DNA of 64,000 nt from NCBI RefSeq assembly GCF_054482595.1, contig NZ_CM137008.1. One strand, written 5' to 3'. Numbering within the stretch: the first letter of the stretch is position 1; the number at the start of each line of letters is the position of its first letter. A model generated the notes under the pieces. It was given only the letters and a program-made list of their open reading frames with translations, made no database searches and had not been told where the DNA came from. This document shows, one piece after another, positions 59,630 to 64,000 of this stretch. Made by a program: the position numbers and the translations under genes.

Positions 59630-60181
59630 TTAATGGCCCGGGAACGGGACAAGGCTGTAGCTGGTAATGCCCTGTTTTTCGAGACGCTGTTCGCCGCCGA
59701 GATCGAACAGGTTGATAATGAACGCAGCGTCAGCCACTTCACCACCCAGACGACGGATCAGTTTAACGGTCGCTTCGATAGTGCCGCCGGTTGCCAGCAG
59801 ATCGTCCACCACCAGAACTTTGTCGCCCGGTTTGATGGCATCAACGTGGATCTCCAGCTGATCGGTGCCGTATTCCAGGTCGTAAGTTTCACTGATGGTT
59901 TCACGCGGCAGTTTGCCCGGTTTACGGACCGGTACAAAGCCAACGCCCAGACCCAGAGCTACCGGAGCGCCAAACAAGAAGCCACGCGCTTCGGTGCCGA
60001 CAACTTTGGTAATGCCCGCATTTTTGTAACGCTCAACCAGCAAGTCGATGCTGAGAGCGTAAGCTTTCGGGTCTTCCAGTAAGCTGGTGACATCGCGGAA
60101 AAGAATGCCGGGTTTTGGGTAGTCCTGAATGCTTTTGATGCTATTTTTGAGATACTCAAGCTGCTGTGCAGTCGCGGTCAT
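59630..60181 (-). CDS. apt: adenine phosphoribosyltransferase
   Basis: 183 aa from ATG 60181 ([15 protein letters not shown]); PRPP-binding [11 protein letters not shown]. Confidence 0.92.
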
Positions 60182-60333
60182 AAGTGTATGCCTGCTTGTT
60201 ACGGTGGTACTCACGGCGCGTTTTAAACGTATCAAAAGTAACAGTTGTTTAACCTTTGACCGCCTGCGCCTGTGCTCGAAAACGCCAGAATGTACTGGCT
60301 GTACGCAATAATTGCAACTGCGATTGTTGTGCT

Positions 60334-60711
60334 TCAGTGCTTTTCTTGCTTTTCATCAATCACCGGAATTCGCCACATATAGAAAAGCAAACAGGCGAGA
60401 ATTACCAGCAACATGATGCGCACCCATGGCATCTGGACGAACCACAGAGAAATGGCAAACGTGAGCAAAATAAGCAAAATCGCCCGCGGTTTGACGCCGC
60501 GCGGCATCGCATGATGTTTCTGCCAGAAACGTAGATAGCTGCCAAACCATGAGCGGTACAGCAACCAGGCGTGAAAGCGCGGGGAAGAACGGGCAAAGCA
60601 CCAGGCCGCCAGCAGGATAAACGGCGTCGTCGGTAATACCGGTAATACCACGCCCAGCGTACCCAGCACTACCGCCAGCCAGCCAATGATGATTAAAATG
60701 ATTCGTTGCAT
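60334..60711 (-). CDS. ybaN: DUF454 inner membrane protein
   Basis: 125-aa hydrophobic ORF. Confidence 0.85.
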
Positions 60712-60780
60712 ATTGAGTGTTGTCAGCTTACAGAGTGGCTACTTTAGCATAACAATTATCATTTTCATTGAGGTCTTATC

Positions 60781-61308
60781 GTGAAAACCGCCCTGCTGCT
60801 GGAAAAACTGGAAGGACAGCTCGCTACGCTGCGTCAGCGTTGTGCCCCGGTAGCGCAATTTGCCACGCTAAGTGCCCGTTTTGACAGACACCTTTTTCAA
60901 ACCCGTGCGACAACACTGCAGGCTTGTCTCGATGAGGCGGGCGATAATCTGGCTGCGCTTCGTCATGCAGTTGAGCAGCAACAGCTGCCGCAAGTGGCCT
61001 GGCTGGCGGAACATCTGGCGGCACAACTGGAAGCCATCGCGCGTGAAGCCTCCGCCTGGTCATTGCGCGAGTGGGACAGTGCGCCACCGAAAATTGCCCG
61101 CTGGCAGCGTAAACGTATTCAGCATCAGGATTTTGAGCGGCGGCTACGTGAGATGGTTGCCGAACGCAGAGCCCGCCTGGCGCGGGTGACCGATCTCGTG
61201 GAACAGCAAACGCTGCATCGTGAAGTGGAAGCCTATGAAGCGCGCCTGGCACGCTGCCGCCATGCGCTGGAAAAAATCGAAAACAGGCTAGCGCGCTTAA
61301 CCCGCTAG
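60781..61308 (+). CDS. priC: primosomal replication protein N''
   Basis: 175-aa ORF starting on GTG; synteny. Confidence 0.85.
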   Translation: MKTALLLEKLEGQLATLRQRCAPVAQFATLSARFDRHLFQTRATTLQACLDEAGDNLAALRHAVEQQQLPQVAWLAEHLAAQLEAIAREASAWSLREWDSAPPKIARWQRKRIQHQDFERRLREMVAERRARLARVTDLVEQQTLHREVEAYEARLARCRHALEKIENRLARLTR

Positions 61309-61321
61309 CAATGGAGAGAGT

Positions 61322-61483
61322 ATGTCACTGGAAAATGCCCCTGACGATGTCAAACTGGCTGTCGATTTGATTGTGCTGCTGGAAGAAAATCAGATCCCAG
61401 CCCGCACCGTGCTGCGCGCGCTGGATATTGTAAAACGCGATTATGAAAAGAAATTAACGCGCGATGATGAGGCGGAAAAGTGA
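61322..61483 (+). CDS. ybaM: small DUF2496 protein
   Basis: 53-aa [26 protein letters not shown]..., below the ORF-track size cut-off, read by hand. Confidence 0.7.
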   Translation: MSLENAPDDVKLAVDLIVLLEENQIPARTVLRALDIVKRDYEKKLTRDDEAEK

Positions 61484-61536
61484 GAAATAAATGGGGCCGC
61501 TAAATGTCCCCTAAGATTGTGGGCAAACGCAAAACT

Positions 61537-61634
61537 GCCTGATGCGCTACGCTTATCAGGCCTACACCGCTCCTGCAATACATTGAATTCTTGCGGTTTC
61601 GTAGGCCGGATAAGGCGGTCACGCCGCATCCGGC
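61537..61634. repeat. REP/BIME element between convergent ybaM and mscK
   Basis: gcctgatgcgctacgcttatcaggcctac ... gtaggccggataaggcggtcacgccgcatccggc. Confidence 0.65.
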
Positions 61635-61694
61635 ATGAACAACGCGCACTTTGTCAGTAATCTCGGGGCAACTAAATGTCGCCCCCTTTGGTTA

Positions 61695-64000
61695 TTACCC
61701 TACCGCTGGCGTCGGGTCATCGCCTTTGTAGTCGCGTTTGACTTCCGTCACCTCATCGCCCTTCTCGTTGTGCAGATGCACTTCAAGCTGGTTAAAGGCA
61801 ATGTTGATGTCGTTTTCACGGCACAGCTGATCGATAGTACGGTTCAGCTCATCGACAGTACGACTACGGTCACGCAGTTCACGCACATACAGACGCAGCT
61901 CATGATCCAACGTGCTGGCACCAAACGCCGTAAAGAAGACTTCCGGCATTGGTTCGTGCATCACCCTTGGGTGCTCAGTCGCCGCCTTCAGTAACACTTT
62001 ACGCACTTTTTCCAGATCGGAGCCATAGGCCACGCCGAGACGGATCACCAGACGCGTAGTAGTGTCAGTCAACGACCAGTTGATCAGACGCTCGGTAACA
62101 AACGCTTTGTTCGGGATGATCACTTCTTTGCGATCGAAATCGGTAATCGTTGTCGCACGAATACGGATCTTACTTACCGTCCCCGAGAAGCTACCAATGG
62201 TTACCGTATCGCCAATACGCACCGGACGTTCGAACAGAATGATCAAACCGGAGACGAAGTTACCGAAAATTTCTTGTAAACCAAAACCAAGACCTACGGA
62301 TAATGCTGCGGCCAGCCACTGGAGTTTATCCCAAGAGACGCCCAGCGATCCGAACACCGTCATCGCACCAACGGCAATAATGATGTAGTTAAGGATGGTA
62401 GTAATGGCATACGACGCGCCCTGACGCATATTCAGTCGCGAGAGCACCAGCACTTCCAGTAAACCAGGCAGGTTGCGAATCAACGCCCAGGCCACCATTG
62501 AGGCGATAATCGCAAACAACAGACTGCCCATGGTGACGTTTTTCACCACCGCAGCGCCAGCTTCAGTGCCGTTGTAATGCCAGAGCGTGATGCTGTCGAG
62601 ATAGCTGAACACGGTGATCAAATCGGACCAAATTGCCCAGAACATGACACCGAACAGCGCAAACATCAGCAACATGGTAATACGCAGCGTCTGCTGGTTA
62701 ACTTGCTCCAGTGCAATGGTGGGTTCTTCCGGCGGTTCGGCACCTTCTGCGCCCTCTTTCACCAGATTCTGCCGACGCGCCAGCGCACGACGCCAGGCGA
62801 TACGCCGCGCCGCTACGCTTAAGCCGCGCAATACCGTCTGGTAGAGCAAGTTCCAGATGATCACCAGATAAACGGTTTCAATCCAACGCCCGGAGAGGCG
62901 CAGCGTGGTGTAGAAATAACCCGTGGCAGTCAGCACCATCAATGCAATCGGGATAATCGACAGCACGGTAATGGTGACCAGTCGCATGGTGTGCGACTCT
63001 TTATCACGCCAGCTTTCGCGGCACATTGGCCATACCAGGAAGGCAATCAGCAGCAGGTTGAAGAAAATCATCGCCTGCCCCAGCACATCATCCATCAGAT
63101 GCAGCGGGGAAAGTTCTGCCACCACAGACCAGAAATGGATAGGCAGCAACGCGAGACTGATGCGGACAATTTGCCGACGCCAGTGGCTGGTCTGCTGCTC
63201 CGGCATGCCGAAGTGACGCACGGCAACGCCATTTTTCTCCAGTACCTTCCAGCACAGGCCAAACACCAGCCAGAAAATCGCCAGTTTTTTACTGAACGAC
63301 CATAGCAGTTCGCTGATGTTGAGCTGCATGGTCAACAGAATCAGGCCAACCGCGAGAATAATCAGGCACACCGGCAGCGCGCGGATCAGGTCGATAAGGA
63401 TCGCTTTTGGTGTGTTGAGCTGGCTATCGTTACGCAGGGAACCCACAGCGGAAGCCAGTTTCTGTTGATACGCTTTCAGCCAGCCCAGACGCCAGTGGAT
63501 CAGCCCGGCAATCAACAGCAGCGGCAAACCAGCGAGGAAAGCGATAAAAACGGCAGGCCAGGCTTTTTCCCAGTTCACCGTGATTTTCATCGACTTAAAT
63601 TCATCTTTCAGGCTTTGCGGGAACGCTTTGATCCAGTCCCAGTCCATTGGACGGTTACTGTTCACCCAAAAGATTTGCTGAGTCAGGATGGATTTCAGGT
63701 TTTTCGATACGCTCATTAACTGCTGCTGGTTGATTTGCAGGTTAATGGCCATCATCAGCTGGTTACCCAACTGTTTGTTGAGTTGATCCAGCAATTCGCG
63801 ACGCATATCAACCACTTGCAATAACGCATCGTGAACTTCGCTGTTGACTTCGTTGGTGTGACCTTCTTCCAGTTTGTTGACGAACGCATCGCTCTGGAAG
63901 AGTGCATCACGCTGCTGGTTAACTTCAAACTGTTCGAGACGCAAATCCGCGATGCGGTTGGTCATGTTTTCCAGTTCATCCGCCGAGGGCAGCGTTTGTT
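61695..64000 (-). CDS. mscK: potassium-dependent mechanosensitive channel, 3' portion (5' end outside window)
   Basis: Minus frame open from the window edge to stop at 61695; MscS-family pore and beta domain. Confidence 0.88.
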   Translation of the reverse strand, partial: QTLPSADELENMTNRIADLRLEQFEVNQQRDALFQSDAFVNKLEEGHTNEVNSEVHDALLQVVDMRRELLDQLNKQLGNQLMMAINLQINQQQLMSVSKNLKSILTQQIFWVNSNRPMDWDWIKAFPQSLKDEFKSMKITVNWEKAWPAVFIAFLAGLPLLLIAGLIHWRLGWLKAYQQKLASAVGSLRNDSQLNTPKAILIDLIRALPVCLIILAVGLILLTMQLNISELLWSFSKKLAIFWLVFGLCWKVLEKNGVAVRHFGMPEQQTSHWRRQIVRISLALLPIHFWSVVAELSPLHLMDDVLGQAMIFFNLLLIAFLVWPMCRESWRDKESHTMRLVTITVLSIIPIALMVLTATGYFYTTLRLSGRWIETVYLVIIWNLLYQTVLRGLSVAARRIAWRRALARRQNLVKEGAEGAEPPEEPTIALEQVNQQTLRITMLLMFALFGVMFWAIWSDLITVFSYLDSITLWHYNGTEAGAAVVKNVTMGSLLFAIIASMVAWALIRNLPGLLEVLVLSRLNMRQGASYAITTILNYIIIAVGAMTVFGSLGVSWDKLQWLAAALSVGLGFGLQEIFGNFVSGLIILFERPVRIGDTVTIGSFSGTVSKIRIRATTITDFDRKEVIIPNKAFVTERLINWSLTDTTTRLVIRLGVAYGSDLEKVRKVLLKAATEHPRVMHEPMPEVFFTAFGASTLDHELRLYVRELRDRSRTVDELNRTIDQLCRENDINIAFNQLEVHLHNEKGDEVTEVKRDYKGDDPTPAVG

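Overview
Enterobacterial (Escherichia coli-type) chromosomal segment, running purK to mscK and colinear with the K-12 map in reverse orientation. Gene identities rest on six-frame translations, remembered protein N-termini/lengths and synteny; no database search was run. Almost all of it is core genome: the allantoin/glyoxylate regulon (fdrA-ylbE-ylbF-ybcF, allDCE, glxK, ybbY, allB, ybbW, glxR, hyi, gcl, allR, allA, allS), then selU, ybbP-ybbA, tesA, ybbO, cnoX, fetAB, qmcA-ybbJ, cueR, ybaT, glsA, copA, ybaP, ChiX sRNA, ybaK, ushA, fsr, ybaL, gsk, aes, hemH, adk, htpG, recR, ybaB, dnaX, apt, ybaN, priC, ybaM. The one clearly accessory island is the rhsD locus (22.2-28.3 kb): a 1400-aa Rhs protein whose AT-rich C-terminal tip after the DPxGL motif has no motif I recognise, with an overlapping membrane-anchored putative immunity gene, a start-less relic of another rhs 5' end, and a transposase-like fragment. 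This is the best candidate for something undescribed here. Other points worth a second look: an apparent +1 frameshift splitting ybaQ, a 7.3-copy 101-bp BIME array after copA, and an intact ylbE. Regulatory signals visible directly: two AllR palindromes, the CueR dyad at copA, the dnaX frameshift site, several terminators.
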